A DNA stretch of 64,000 nucleotides from Eledone cirrhosa (lineage: Eukaryota). Position 1 is the stretch's first letter, and each line of letters begins with the position of its first letter. A program made the position numbers and the translations under genes. Where the stretch lies: contig OZ024741.1 in NCBI GenBank assembly GCA_964016885.1, positions 9,548,001 to 9,612,000 on the forward strand. The letters run 5' to 3'. Below the pieces are notes generated by a model. The model searched no databases and had not been told where the DNA came from. It saw nothing but the letters and a program-made list of their open reading frames with translations. Of this stretch, positions 1 to 13,689 are shown one piece after another.

Positions 1-3000
1 AAAGTACCACAGTGTTGAAACTAAAGGTATCACAGTTTTGAAACTAAAGTACCACAGTGTTGAAACTAAAGTACCAGAGTGTTGAAACTAAAGGTACCAC
101 AGTGTTGAAACTAAAGGTACCACAGTGTTGAAACTAAAGGTATCAGAGTGTTGAAACTAAAGGTACCACAGTGTTGAAACGAAAGGTACCACAGTGTTGA
201 AACTAAAGGTACCATGGTGTTGTAACTAAAGATACCACAGTGTTGTAATTAAAGGTACCGCAGTGTTGAAACTAAAGGTACCACAGTTTCGAAACTATAG
301 GTACGACAGTGTTGAAACTAAAGGTACCACAGTGTTGAAACTAAATGTACCAGAGTGTTCAAACTAAATGTATCATAGTGTTGAAACTAAAGGTACCTCA
401 GTGTTGAAACTAAAGGTACCACAGTGTTGAAACTAAAGCTACCACAGTATTGAAACTAAAGTACCATAGTGTTGAAACTAAAGGTATCAAAGTTTTGAAA
501 CTAAAGTACCACAGTGTTGAAACTAAAGTACCAGAGTGTTGAAACTAAAGGTACCACAGTGTTGAAATTAAAGGTACCACAGTGTTGAAACTAAATGTAT
601 CAGAGTGTTGAAACTAAAGGTACCACAGTGTTGAAACTAAAGGTAGCACGGTGGTGAACCTAAAGGTTCCACAGTGATGTAACTGAAGGTACCACAGTGT
701 TGAATCTAAAGGTATCAGAGTGTTGAAACTAAAGGTACCAGAGTGATGTAACTAAACGTACAACAGTGTGGAAAATAAATGTACCACAATGTTGTAACTA
801 AAGGTACCACAGTGTTACACCTAAAGGTACCATAGTGCTGAAACTAAAGGTATCAGAATGTTGTAACTAAAGTTACCACAGTGTTGAAATTAAAGATGTC
901 ACAGTGTTGAAACTAAAGGTACCACAGTGTTGAAACTAAAGGTGCCACAGTATTGTAACTAAAGGTACCACAGTGTTGTAACTAATTGTACAATAGTGTT
1001 GAAACTAATGGTACCACAGTGTTGTAACTAAAGGTACGACAGTGTTCAAACTAAAGGTACCACAATGTTGTAACTAAATGTACCACAGTTTTGAAACTAA
1101 CGCTATCAGAATGTTGAAACTAAAGGTACCACAGTGTTGAAACTAAAGGTATCAGAGTGTTGAAACTAAAGGTACCACAGTCTTGAAACTAATGGTACCA
1201 CAGTCTTGAAACTAAAGGTATCAGAGTGTTGAAACTAAAGGTACCACGGTGGTGAAACTAAAAGTACCACAGTGATGTAACTAAAGGTACAACAGTGTTG
1301 TAACTAAAGGTACCACAGTGTTGTAACTAAAGGTACCACAGTGTTGTAACTAAAGATACCACAGTGTTGAAACTAAAGGTACCACAGTGTTGAAACGAAT
1401 TATACCACAGTGTTGAAACTAAAGGTACCACAGTGTTGAATCTAAAGGTATCACAGTGTTGAGACTAAAGGTACCACAGTGCTGAAACTAAAGGTACCAC
1501 AGTGTTGAAACTAAAGGTACAACGGTGTTGAAACTAAAGATACCACAGTGTTGTAATTAAAGGTACCGCAGTGTTGAAACTAAAGGTACCACAGTGTCGA
1601 AACTAAAGGTACCACAGTGTTGAAACTAAAGGTATAACAGTGTTGAAACTAAAGGTACCACAGTGATCTAACTAAAGGTACCAGAGTGTTGAAACTAAAG
1701 GTACCATGGTGTTGTAACTAAAGATACCACAGTGTTGTAATTAAAGGTACCGCAGTGTTGAAACTAAAGGTACCACAGTGTCGAAACTAAAGGTACGACA
1801 GTGTTGAAACTAAAGGTACCACAGTGTTTAAACTAAAGATATCACAGTGTTGAAACTAAAGGTACCACAGTGATGTAACTAAAGGTACCACAACGTTGTA
1901 ACTAAATGTACCAGAGTGTTCAAACTAAATGTATCATAGTGTTGAAACTAAAGGTACCTCAGTGTTGAAACTAAAGGTACCACAGTGTTGAAACTAAAGG
2001 TATCACAGTGTTTAAACTAAAGCTACCACAGTATTGAAACTAAAGTACCACAGTGTTTAAACTAAAGGTATCACAGTTTTGAAACTAAAGTACCACAGTG
2101 TTGAAACTAAAGTACCAGAGTGTTGAAACTAAAGGTACCACAGTGTTGAAACTAAAGGTACCACAGTGTTGAAACTAAAGGTATCAGAGTGTTGAAACTA
2201 AAGGTACCACAGTGTTGAAACGAAAGGTACCACAGTGTTGAAACTAAAGGTACCATGGTGTTGTAACTAAAGATACCACAGTGTTGTAATTAAAGGTACC
2301 GCAGTGTTGAAACTAAAGGTACCACAGTTTCGAAACTATAGGTACGACAGTGTTGAAACTAAAGGTACCACAGTGTTGAAACTAAATGTACCAGAGTGTT
2401 CAAACTAAATGTATCATAGTGTTGAAACTAAAGGTACCTCAGTGTTGAAACTAAAGGTACCACAGTGTTGAAACTAAAGCTACCACAGTATTGAAACTAA
2501 AGTACCATAGTGTTGAAACTAAAGGTATCAAAGTTTTGAAACTAAAGTACCACAGTGTTGAAACTAAAGTACCAGAGTGTTGAAACTAAAGGTACCACAG
2601 TGTTGAAATTAAAGGTACCACAGTGTTGAAACTAAATGTATCAGAGTGTTGAAACTAAAGGTACCACAGTGTTGAAACTAAAGGTAGCACGGTGGTGAAC
2701 CTAAAGGTTCCACAGTGATGTAACTGAAGGTACCACAGTGTTGAATCTAAAGGTATCAGAGTGTTGAAACTAAAGGTACCAGAGTGATGTAACTAAACGT
2801 ACAACAGTGTTGAAAATAAATGTACCACAATGTTGTAACTAAAGGTACCACAGTGTTACACCTAAAGGTACCATAGTGCTGAAACTAAAGGTATCAGAAT
2901 GTTGTAACTAAAGTTACCACAGTGTTGAAATTAAAGATGTCACAGTGTTGAAACTAAAGGTACCACAGTGTTGAAACTAAAGGTGCCACAGTATTGTAAC

Positions 3001-3580
3001 TAAAGGTACCACAGTGTTGTAACTAAGTGTACAATAGTGTTGAAACTAATGGTACCACAGTGTTGTAACTAAAGGTACGACAGTGTTCAAACTAAAGGTA
3101 CCACAATGTTGTAACTAAATGTACCACAGTTTTGAAACTAACGCTATCAGAATGTTGAAACTAAAGGTACCACAGTGTTGAAACTAAAGGTATCAGAGGG
3201 TTGAAACTAAAGGTACCACAGTCTGGAAACTAATGGTACCACAGTCTTGAAACTAAAGGTATCAGAGTGTTGAAACTAAAGGTACCACGGTGGTGAAACT
3301 AAAGGTACCACAGTGATGTAACTAAAGGTACAACAGTGTTGTAACTAAAGGTACCACAGTGTTGTAACTAAAGGTACCACAGTGTTGTAACTAAAGATAC
3401 CACAGTGTTGAAACTAAAGGTACCACAGTGTTGAAACGAATGATACCACAGTGTTGAAACTAAAGGTACCACAGTGTTGAATCTAAAGGTATCACAGTGT
3501 TGAGACTAAAGGTACCACAGTGCTGAAACTAAAGGTACCACAGTGTTGAAACTAAAGGTACAACGGTGTTGAAACTAAAG
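1..3580. repeat. Higher-order tandem duplication, period 2,041 bp (~89 monomers); left copy may extend beyond the window start
   Basis: Markers recur at +2041: GTACGACAG after GAAACTATAG at 301/2342 and AGTGTTACAC at 811/2852. GGTAGCACGGTGGTGAACC occurs in both copies. Identity runs from 1 to ~1540 versus 2042 to ~3580. Confidence 0.9.
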
Positions 3581-6500
3581 GTATCAGAGCGTTGAAACAA
3601 AATCTACCACAATGATGTAACTAAGTGTACCAGAGTCTTGAAACTAAGGGTACCACAGTGATGAAACTAAATGTACCAAAGTGTTGTAACTAAAGGTACA
3701 ACAGTGTTGAAATTAAAGGTACCACAGTGTTGAAACTAAAGGTATCACATTGTTGAAACTAAAGGTACCACAGTGTTGAAACTAAAGGTACCACAGTGTT
3801 GAAACTAAAGGTATAACAGTGTTGAAACTAAAGGTACCACAGTGATCTAACTAAAGGTACCAGAGTTTTGAAACTAAAGGTACCATGGTGTTGTAACTAA
3901 AGATACCACAGCGTTGTAATTAAAGGTACCGCAGTGTTGAAACTAAAGGTACCACAGTGTCGAAACTAAAGGTACGACAGTGTTGAAACTAAAGGTACCA
4001 CAGTGTTGAAACTAAAGATATCACAGTGTTGAAACTAAAGGTACCACAGTGATGTAACTAAAGGTACCACAACGTTGTAACTAAATGTACCAGAGTGTTC
4101 AAACTAAATGTATCATAGTGTTGAAACTAAAGGTACCTCAGTGTTGAAACTAAAGGTACCACAGTGTTGAAACTAAAGGTATCACAGTGTTTAAACTAAA
4201 GCTACCACAGTATTGAAACTAAAGTACCACAGTGTTGAAACTAAAGGTATCACAGTTTTGAAACTAAAGTACCACAGTGTTGAAACTAAAGTACCAGAGT
4301 GTTGAAACTAAAGGTACCACAGTGTTGAAACTAAAGGTACCACAGTGTTGAAACTAAAGGTATCAGAGTGTTGAAACTAAAGGTACCACAGTGTTGAAAC
4401 GAAACGTACCACAGTGTTGAAACTAAAGGTATCAGAGTGTTGAAACTAAAGGTACCACAGTGATGTATCTAAATGTACCAGAGTGTTGAAACTAAAGGTA
4501 TCAGATTGTTGAAACTAAAGGTACCACAGTGATGTAACTAAAGGTACCACAGTGTTGAAACCAATGGTACCACAGTGTTGTAACTAAAGGTACCACAGCG
4601 TTGTAACTAAAGGTAATAGAGTGTTGAAACTAAAGGTTCCACAGTGTTGAAACTAAAGGTACCACTGTGTTGAAACTAAAGGTACCACAGTGTTGAAATT
4701 AAAGGTACCACAGTGTTGAAACTAAATGTAATAGAGTGTTGTAACTAAAGGTACCACAGTGTTGAAACTAAAGGTATCAGAGCGTTGAAACAAAATCTAC
4801 CACAATGATGTAACTAAGTGTACCAGAGTCTTGAAACTAAGGGTAGCACAGTGATGAAACTAAAGGTATCACAGTGTTGAAACTAAAGGTACCACAGTGA
4901 TCTAACTAAAGGTACCACAGTGTTGAAACTAAAGGTACCATGGTGTTGTAACTAAAGATACCACAGTGTTGTAATTAAAGGTACCGCAGTGTTGAAACTA
5001 AAGGTACCACAGTGTCGAAACTAAAGGTACGACAGTGTTGAAACTAAAGGAACCACAGTGTTGAAACTAAATGTACCAGAGTGTTCAAACTAAATGTATC
5101 ATAGTGTTGAAACTAAAGGTACCTCAGTGTTGAAACTAAAGGTACCACAGTGTTGAAACTAAAGGTATCACAGTGTTTAAACTAAACTACCACAGTGTTG
5201 AAACTAAAGCTACAACATTATTGAAACTAAAGTACCACAGTGTTGAAACTAAAGGTATCACAGTTTTGAAACTAAAGGTACCACAGTGTTGAAACTAAAG
5301 TACCAGAGTGTTGAAACTAAAGGTACCACAGTGTTGAAACTAAAGGTACCACAGTGTTGAAACTAATTGTACAATAGTGTTGAAACTAATGGTACCACAG
5401 TGTTGTAACTAAAGGTACGACAGTGTTCAAACTAAAGGTACCACAATGTTGTAACTAAATGTACCACAGTTTTGAAACTAACGCTATCAGAATGTTGAAA
5501 CTAAAGGTACCACAGTGTTGAAACTAAAGGTATCAGAGTGTTGAAACTAAAGGTACCACAGTCTTGAAACTAATGGTACCACAGTCTTGAAACTAAAGGT
5601 ATCAGAGTGTTGAAACTAAAGGTACCACGGTGGTGAAACTAAAAGTACCACAGTGATGTAACTAAAGGTACAACAGTGTTCTAACTAAAGGTACCACAGT
5701 GTTGTAACTAAAGGTACCACAGTGTTGTAACTAAAGATACCACAGTGTTGAAACTAAAGGTACCACAGTGTTGAAACGAATGATACCACAGTGTTGAAAC
5801 TAAAGGTACCACAGTGTTGAATCTAAAGGTATCACAGTGTTGAGACTAAAGGCACCACAGTGCTGAAACTAAAGGTACCACAGTGTTGAAACTAAAGGTA
5901 CAACGGTGTTGAAACTAAAGGTATCAGAGCGTTGAAACAAAATCTACCACAATGATGTAACTAAATGTACCAGAGTCTTGAAACTAAGGGTACCACAGTG
6001 ATAAAACTAAATGTACCAAAGTGTTGTAACTAAAGGTACAACAGTGTTGAAATTAAAGGTACCACAGTGTTGAAACTAAAGGTATCACATTGTTGAAACT
6101 AAAGGTACCACAGTGTTGAAACTAAAGGTACCACAGTGTTGAAACTAAAGGTATAACAGTGTTGAAACTAAAGGTACCACAGTGATCTAACTAAAGGTAC
6201 CAGAGTGTTGAAACTAAAGGTACCATGGTGTTGTAACTAAAGATACCACAGTGTTGTAATTAAAGGTACCGCAGTGTTGAAACTAAAGGTACCACAGTGT
6301 CGAAACTAAAGGTTCGACAGTGTTGAAACTAAAGGTACCACAGTGTTGAAACTAAAGATATCACAGTGTTGAAACTAAAGGTACCACAGTGATGTAACTA
6401 AAGGTACCACAACGTTGTAACTAGATGTACCAGAGTGTTCAAACTATATGTATCATAGTGTTGAAACTAAAGGTACCTCAGTGTTGAAACTAAAGGTATC

Positions 6501-9500
6501 ACAGTGTTTAAACTAAAGCTACCACAGTATTGAAACTAAAGTACCACAGTGTTTAAACTAAAGGTATCACATTTTTGAAACTAAAGTACCACAGTCTTGA
6601 AACTAAAGTACCAGAGTGTTGAAACTAAAGGTACCACAGTGTTGAAACTAAAGGTACCACAGTGTTGAAACTAAAGGTATCAGAGTGTTGAAACTAAAGG
6701 TACCACAGTGTTGAAACGAAAGGTACCACAGTGTTGAAACTAAAGGTACCATGGTGTTGTAACTAAAGATACCACAGTGTTGTAATTAAAGGTACCGCAG
6801 TGTTGAAACTAAAGGTACCACAGTGTCGAAACTATAGGTACGACAGTGTTGAAACTAAAGGTACCACAGTGTTGAAACTAAATGTACCAGAGTGTTCAAA
6901 CTAAATGTATCATAGTGTTGAAACTAAAGGTACCTCAGTGTTGAAACTAAAGGTACCACAGTGTTGAAACTAAAGCTACCACAGTATTGAAACTAAAGTA
7001 CCACAGTGTTGAAACTAAAGGTATCAAAGTGTTGAAACTAAAGTACCACAGTGTTGAAACTAAAGTACCAGAGTGTTGAAACTAAAGGTACCACAGTGTT
7101 GAAACTAAAGGTTTCAGAGTGTTGTAACTAGAGATACCACAGTGTTGTAATTAAAGGTACCGCAGTGTTGAAACTAAAGGTACCACAGTGTCGAAACTAA
7201 AGGTACGACAGTGTTGAAACTAAAGGAACCACAGTGTTGATACTAAATGTACCAGAGTGTTCAAACTAAATGTATCATAGTGTTGAAACTAAAGGTACCT
7301 CAGTGTTGAAACTAAAGGTACCACAGTGTTGAAACTAAAGGTATCACAGTGTTTAAACTAAACTACCACAGTGTTGAAACTAAAGCTACCACATTATTGA
7401 AACTAAAGTACCACAGTGTTGAAACTAAAGGTATCACAGTTTTGAAACTAAAGGTACCACAGTGTTGAAACTAAAGTACCAGAGTGTTGAAACTAAAGGT
7501 ACCACAGTGTTGAAACTAAAGGTACCACAGTGTTGAAACTAAAGGTATCAGAGTGTTGAAACTAAAGGTACCACAGTGTTGATACTAAAGGTACCACGGT
7601 GGTGAAACTAAAGGTTCCACAGTGATGTAACTGAAGGTACCACAGTGTTGAATCTAAAGGTATCAGAGTGTTGAAACTAAAGGTACCAGAGTGATGTAAC
7701 TAAACGTACAACAGTGTTGAAAATAAATGTACCACAATGTTGTAACTAAAGGTACCACAGTGTTACACCTAAATGTACCATAGTGCTGAAACTAAAGGTA
7801 TCAGAATGTTGTAACTAAAGTTACCACAGTGTTGAAATTAAAGATGTCACAGTGTTGAAACTAAAGGTACCACAGTGTTGAAACTAAAGGTGCCACAGTA
7901 TTGTAACTAAAGGTACCACAGTGTTGTAACTAATTGTACAATAGTGTTGAAACTAATGGTACCACAGTGTTGTAACTAAAGATACGACAGTGTTCAAACT
8001 AAAGGTACCACAATGTTGTAACTAAATGTACCACAGTTTTGAAACTAACGCTATCAGAATGTTGAAACTAAAGGTACCACAGTGTTGAAACTAAAGGTAT
8101 CAGAGTGTTGAAACTAAAGGTACCACAGTCTTGAAACTAATGGTACCACAGTCTTGAAACTAAAGGTATCAGAGTGTTGAAACTAAAGGTACCACGGTGG
8201 TGAAACTAAAAGTACCACAGTGATGTAACTAAAGGTACAACAGTGTTCTAACTAAAGGTACCACAGTGTTGTAACTAAAGGTACCACAGTGTTGTAACTA
8301 AAGATACCACAGTGTTGAAACTAAAGGTACCACAGTGTTGAAACGAATGATACCACAGTGTTGAAACTAAAGGTACCACAGTGTTGAATCTAAAGGTATC
8401 ACAGTGTTGAGACTAAAGGTACCACAGTGCTGAAACTAAAGGTACCACAGTGTTGAAACTAAAGGTACAACGGTGTTGAAACTAAAGGTATCAGAGCGTT
8501 GAAACAAAATCTACCACAATGATGTAACTAAGTGTACCAGAGTCTTGAAACTAAGGGTACCACAGTGATGAAACTAAATGTACCAAAGTGTTGTAACTAA
8601 AGGTACAGCAGTGTTGAAATTAAAGGTACCACAGTGTTGAAACTAAAGGTATCACATTGTTGAAACTAAAGGTACCACAGTGTTGAAACTAAAGGTACCA
8701 CAGTGTTGAAACTAAAGGTATAACAGTGTTGAAACTAAAGGTACCACAGTGATCTAACTAAAGGTACCAGAGTTTTGAAACTAAAGGTACCATGGTGTTG
8801 TAACTAAAGATACCACAGCGTTGTAATTAAAGGTACCGCAGTGTTGAAACTAAAGGTACCACAGTGTCGAAACTAAAGGTACGACAGTGTTGAAACTAAA
8901 GGTACCACAGTGTTGAAACTAAAGATATCACAGTGTTGAAACTAAAGGTACCACAGTGATGTAACTAAAGGTACCACAACGTTGTAACTAAATGTACCAG
9001 AGTGTTCAAACTAAATGTATCATAGTGTTGAAACTAAAGGTACCTCAGTGTTGAAACTAAAGGTACCACAGTGTTGAAACTAAAGGTATCACAGTGTTTA
9101 AACTAAAGCTACCACAGTATTGAAACTAAAGTACCACAGTGTTGAAACTAAAGGTATCACAGTTTTGAAACTAAAGTACCACAGTGTTGAAACTAAAGTA
9201 CCAGAGTGTTGAAACTAAAGGTACCACAGTGTTGAAACTAAAGGTACCACAGTGTTGAAACTAAAGGTATCAGAGTGTTGAAACTAAAGGTACCACAGTG
9301 TTGAAACGAAACGTACCACAGTGTTGAAACTAAAGGTATCAGAGTGTTGAAACTAAAGGTACCACAGTGATGTATCTAAATGTACCAGAGTGTTGAAACT
9401 AAAGGTATCAGATTGTTGAAACTAAAGGTACCACAGTGATGTAACTAAAGGTACCACAGTGTTGAAACCAATGGTACCACAGTGTTGTAACTAAAGGTAC

Positions 9501-12500
9501 CACAGCGTTGTAACTAAAGGTAATAGAGTGTTGAAACTAAAGGTTCCACAGTGTTGAAACTAAAGGTACCACTGTGTTGAAACTAAAGGTACCACAGTGT
9601 TGAAATTAAAGGTACCACAGTGTTGAAACTAAATGTAATAGAGTGTTGTAACTAAAGGTACCACAGTGTTGAAACTAAAGGTATCAGAGCGTTGAAACAA
9701 AATCTACCACAATGATGTAACTAAGTGTACCAGAGTCTTGAAACTAAGGGTAGCACAGTGATGAAACTAAAGGTATCACAGTGTTGAAACTAAAGGTATA
9801 ACAGTGTTGAAACTAAAGGTACCACAGTGATCTAACTAAAGGTACCACAGTGTTGAAACTAAAGGTACCATGGTGTTGTAACTAAAGATACCACAGTGTT
9901 GTAATTAAAGGTACCGCAGTGTTGAAACTAAAGGTACCACAGTGTCGAAACTAAAGGTACGACAGTGTTGAAACTAAAGGAACCACAGTGTTGAAACTAA
10001 ATGTACCAGAGTGTTCAAACTAAATGTATCATAGTGTTGAAACTAAAGGTACCTCAGTGTTGAAACTAAAGGTACCACAGTGTTGAAACTAAAGGTATCA
10101 CAGTGTTTAAACTAAACTACCACAGTGTTGAAACTAAAGCTACAACATTATTGAAACTAAAGTACCACAGTGTTGAAACTAAAGGTATCACAGTTTTGAA
10201 ACTAAAGGTACCACAGTGTTGAAACTAAAGTACCAGAGTGTTGAAACTAAAGGTACCACAGTGTTGAAACTAAAGGTACCACAGTGTTGAAACTAATTGT
10301 ACAATAGTGTTGAAACTAATGGTACCACAGTGTTGTAACTAAAGGTACGACAGTGTTCAAACTAAAGGTACCACAATGTTGTAACTAAATGTACCACAGT
10401 TTTGAAACTAACGCTATCAGAATGTTGAAACTAAAGGTACCACAGTGTTGAAACTAAAGGTATCAGAGTGTTGAAACTAAAGGTACCACAGTCTTGAAAC
10501 TAATGGTACCACAGTCTTGAAACTAAAGGTATCAGAGTGTTGAAACTAAAGGTACCACGGTGGTGAAACTAAAAGTACCACAGTGATGTAACTAAAGGTA
10601 CAACAGTGTTCTAACTAAAGGTACCACAGTGTTGTAACTAAAGGTACCACATTGTTGTAACTAAAGATACCACAGTGTTGAAACTAAAGGTACCACAGTG
10701 TTGAAACGAATGATACCACAGTGTTGAAACTAAAGGTACCACAGTGTTGAATCTAAAGGTATCACAGTGTTGAGACTAAAGGCACCACAGTGCTGAAACT
10801 AAAGGTACCACAGTGTTGAAACTAAAGGTACAACGGTGTTGAAACTAAAGGTATCAGAGCGTTGAAACAAAATCTACCACAATGATGTAACTAAATGTAC
10901 CAGAGTCTTGAAACTAAGGGTACCACAGTGATAAAACTAAATGTACCAAAGTGTTGTAACTAAAGGTACAACAGTGTTGAAATTAAAGGTACCACAGTGT
11001 TGAAACTAAAGGTATCACATTGTTGAAACTAAAGGTACCACAGTGTTGAAACTAAAGGTACCACAGTGTTGAAACTAAAGGTATAACAGTGTTGAAACTA
11101 AAGGTACCACAGTGATCTAACTAAAGGTACCAGAGTGTTGAAACTAAAGGTACCATGGTGTTGTAACTAAAGATACCACAGTGTTGTAATTAAAGGTACC
11201 GCAGTGTTGAAACTAAAGGTACCACAGTGTCGAAACTAAAGGTTCGACAGTGTTGAAACTAAAGGTACCACAGTTTTGAAACTAAAGATATCACAGTGTT
11301 GAAACTAAAGGTACCACAGTGATGTAACTAAAGGTACCACAACGTTGTAACTAGATGTACCAGAGTGTTCAAACTATATGTATCATAGTGTTGAAACTAA
11401 AGGTACCTCAGTGTTGAAACTAAAGGTACCACAGTGTTGAAACTAAAGGTATCACAGTGTTTAAACTAAAGCTACCACAGTATTGAAACTAAAGTACCAC
11501 AGTGTTTAAACTAAAGGTATCACATTTTTGAAACTAAAGTACCACAGTCTTGAAACTAAAGTACCAGAGTGTTGAAACTAAAGGTACCACAGTGTTGAAA
11601 CTAAAGGTACCACAGTGTTGAAACTAAAGGTATCAGAGTGTTGAAACTAAAGGTACCACAGTGTTGAAACGAAAGGTACCACAGTGTTGAAACTAAAGGT
11701 ACCATGGTGTTGTAACTAAAGATACCACAGTGTTGTAATTAAAGGTACCGCAGTGTTGAAACTAAAGGTACCACAGTGTCGAAACTATAGGTACGACAGT
11801 GTTGAAACTAAAGGTACCACAGTGTTGAAACTAAATGTACCAGAGTGTTCAAACTAAATGTATCATAGTGTTGAAACTAAAGGTACCTCAGTGTTGAAAC
11901 TAAAGGTACCACAGTGTTGAAACTAAAGCTACCACAGTATTGAAACTAAAGTACCACAGTGTTGAAACTAAAGGTATCAAAGTTTTGAAACTAAAGTACC
12001 ACAGTGTTGAAACTAAAGTACCAGAGTGTTGAAACTAAAGGTACCACAGTGTTGAAACTAAAGGTTTCAGAGTGTTGTAACTAGAGATACCACAGTGTTG
12101 TAATTAAAGGTACCGCAGTGTTGAAACTAAAGGTACCACAGTGTCGAAACTAAAGGTACGACAGTGTTGAAACTAAAGGAACCACAGTGTTGATACTAAA
12201 TGTACCAGAGTGTTCAAACTAAATGTATCATAGTGTTGAAACTAAAGGTACCTCAGTGTTGAAACTAAAGGTACCACAGTGTTGAAACTAAAGGTATCAC
12301 AGTGTTTAAACTAAACTACCACAGTGTTGAAACTAAAGCTACCACATTATTGAAACTAAAGTACCACAGTGTTGAAACTAAAGGTATCACAGTTTTGAAA
12401 CTAAAGGTACCACAGTGTTGAAACTAAAGTACCAGAGTGTTGAAACTAAAGGTACCACAGTGTTGAAACTAAAGGTACCACAGTGTTGAAACTAAAGGTA

Positions 12501-13450
12501 TCAGAGTGTTGAAACTAAAGGTACCACAGTGTTGATACTAAAGGTACCACGGTGGTGAAACTAAAGGTTCCACAGTGATGTAACTGAAGGTACCACAGTG
12601 TTGAATCTAAAGGTATCAGAGTGTTGAAACTAAAGGTACCAGAGTGATGTAACTAAACGTACAACAGTGTTGAAAATAAATGTACCACAATGTTGTAACT
12701 AAAGGTACCACAGTGTTACACCTAAATGTACCATAGTGCTGAAACTAAAGGTATCAGAATGTTGTAACTAAAGTTACCACAGTGTTGAAATTAAAGATGT
12801 CACAGTGTTGAAACTAAAGGTACCACAGTGTTGAAACTAAAGGTGCCACAGTATTGTAACTAAAGGTACCACAGTGTTGTAACTAATTGTACAATAGTGT
12901 TGAAACTAATGGTACCACAGTGTTGTAACTAAAGATACGACAGTGTTCAAACTAAAGGTACCACAATGTTGTAACTAAATGTACCACAGTTTTGAAACTA
13001 ACGCTATCAGAATGTTGAAACTAAAGGTACCACAGTGTTGAAACTAAAGGTATCAGAGTGTTGAAACTAAAGGTACCACAGTCTTGAAACTAATGGTACC
13101 ACAGTCTTGAAACTAAAGGTATCAGAGTGTTGAAACTAAAGGTACCACGGTGGTGAAACTAAAAGTACCACAGTGATGTAACTAAAGGTACAACAGTGTT
13201 CTAACTAAAGGTACCACAGTGTTGTAACTAAAGGTACCACAGTGTTGTAACTAAAGATACCACAGTGTTGAAACTAAAGGTACCACAGTGTTGAAACGAA
13301 TGATACCACAGTGTTGAAACTAAAGGTACCACAGTGTTGAATCTAAAGGTATCACAGTGTTGAGACTAAAGGTACCACAGTGCTGAAACTAAAGGTACCA
13401 CAGTGTTGAAACTAAAGGTACAACGGTGTTGAAACTAAAGGTATCAGAGC
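3400..13450. repeat. Tandem duplication of ~4.9 kb (offset 4,907 -> 4,930 -> 4,953 as single monomers are gained)
   Basis: GAAACGTACC 4401/9308 (+4907); TCTAACTAAA 4901/9831 (+4930); AGTGTTACACCTAAATG 7759/12712 (+4953). The steps of 23 correspond to visible extra monomers near 9790 and 11420. Confidence 0.88.
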
Positions 13451-13689
13451 GTTGAAACAAAATCTACCACAATGATGTAACTAAGTGTACCAGAGTCTTG
13501 AAACTAAGGGTACCACAGTGATAAAACTAAATGTACCAAAGTGTTGTAACTAAAGGTACAACAGTGTTGAAATTAAAGGTACCACAGTGTTGAAACTAAA
13601 GGTATCACATTGTTGAAACTAAAGGTACCACAGTGTTGAAACTAAAGGTACCACAGTGTTGAAACTAAAGGTATAACAGTGTTGAAACT

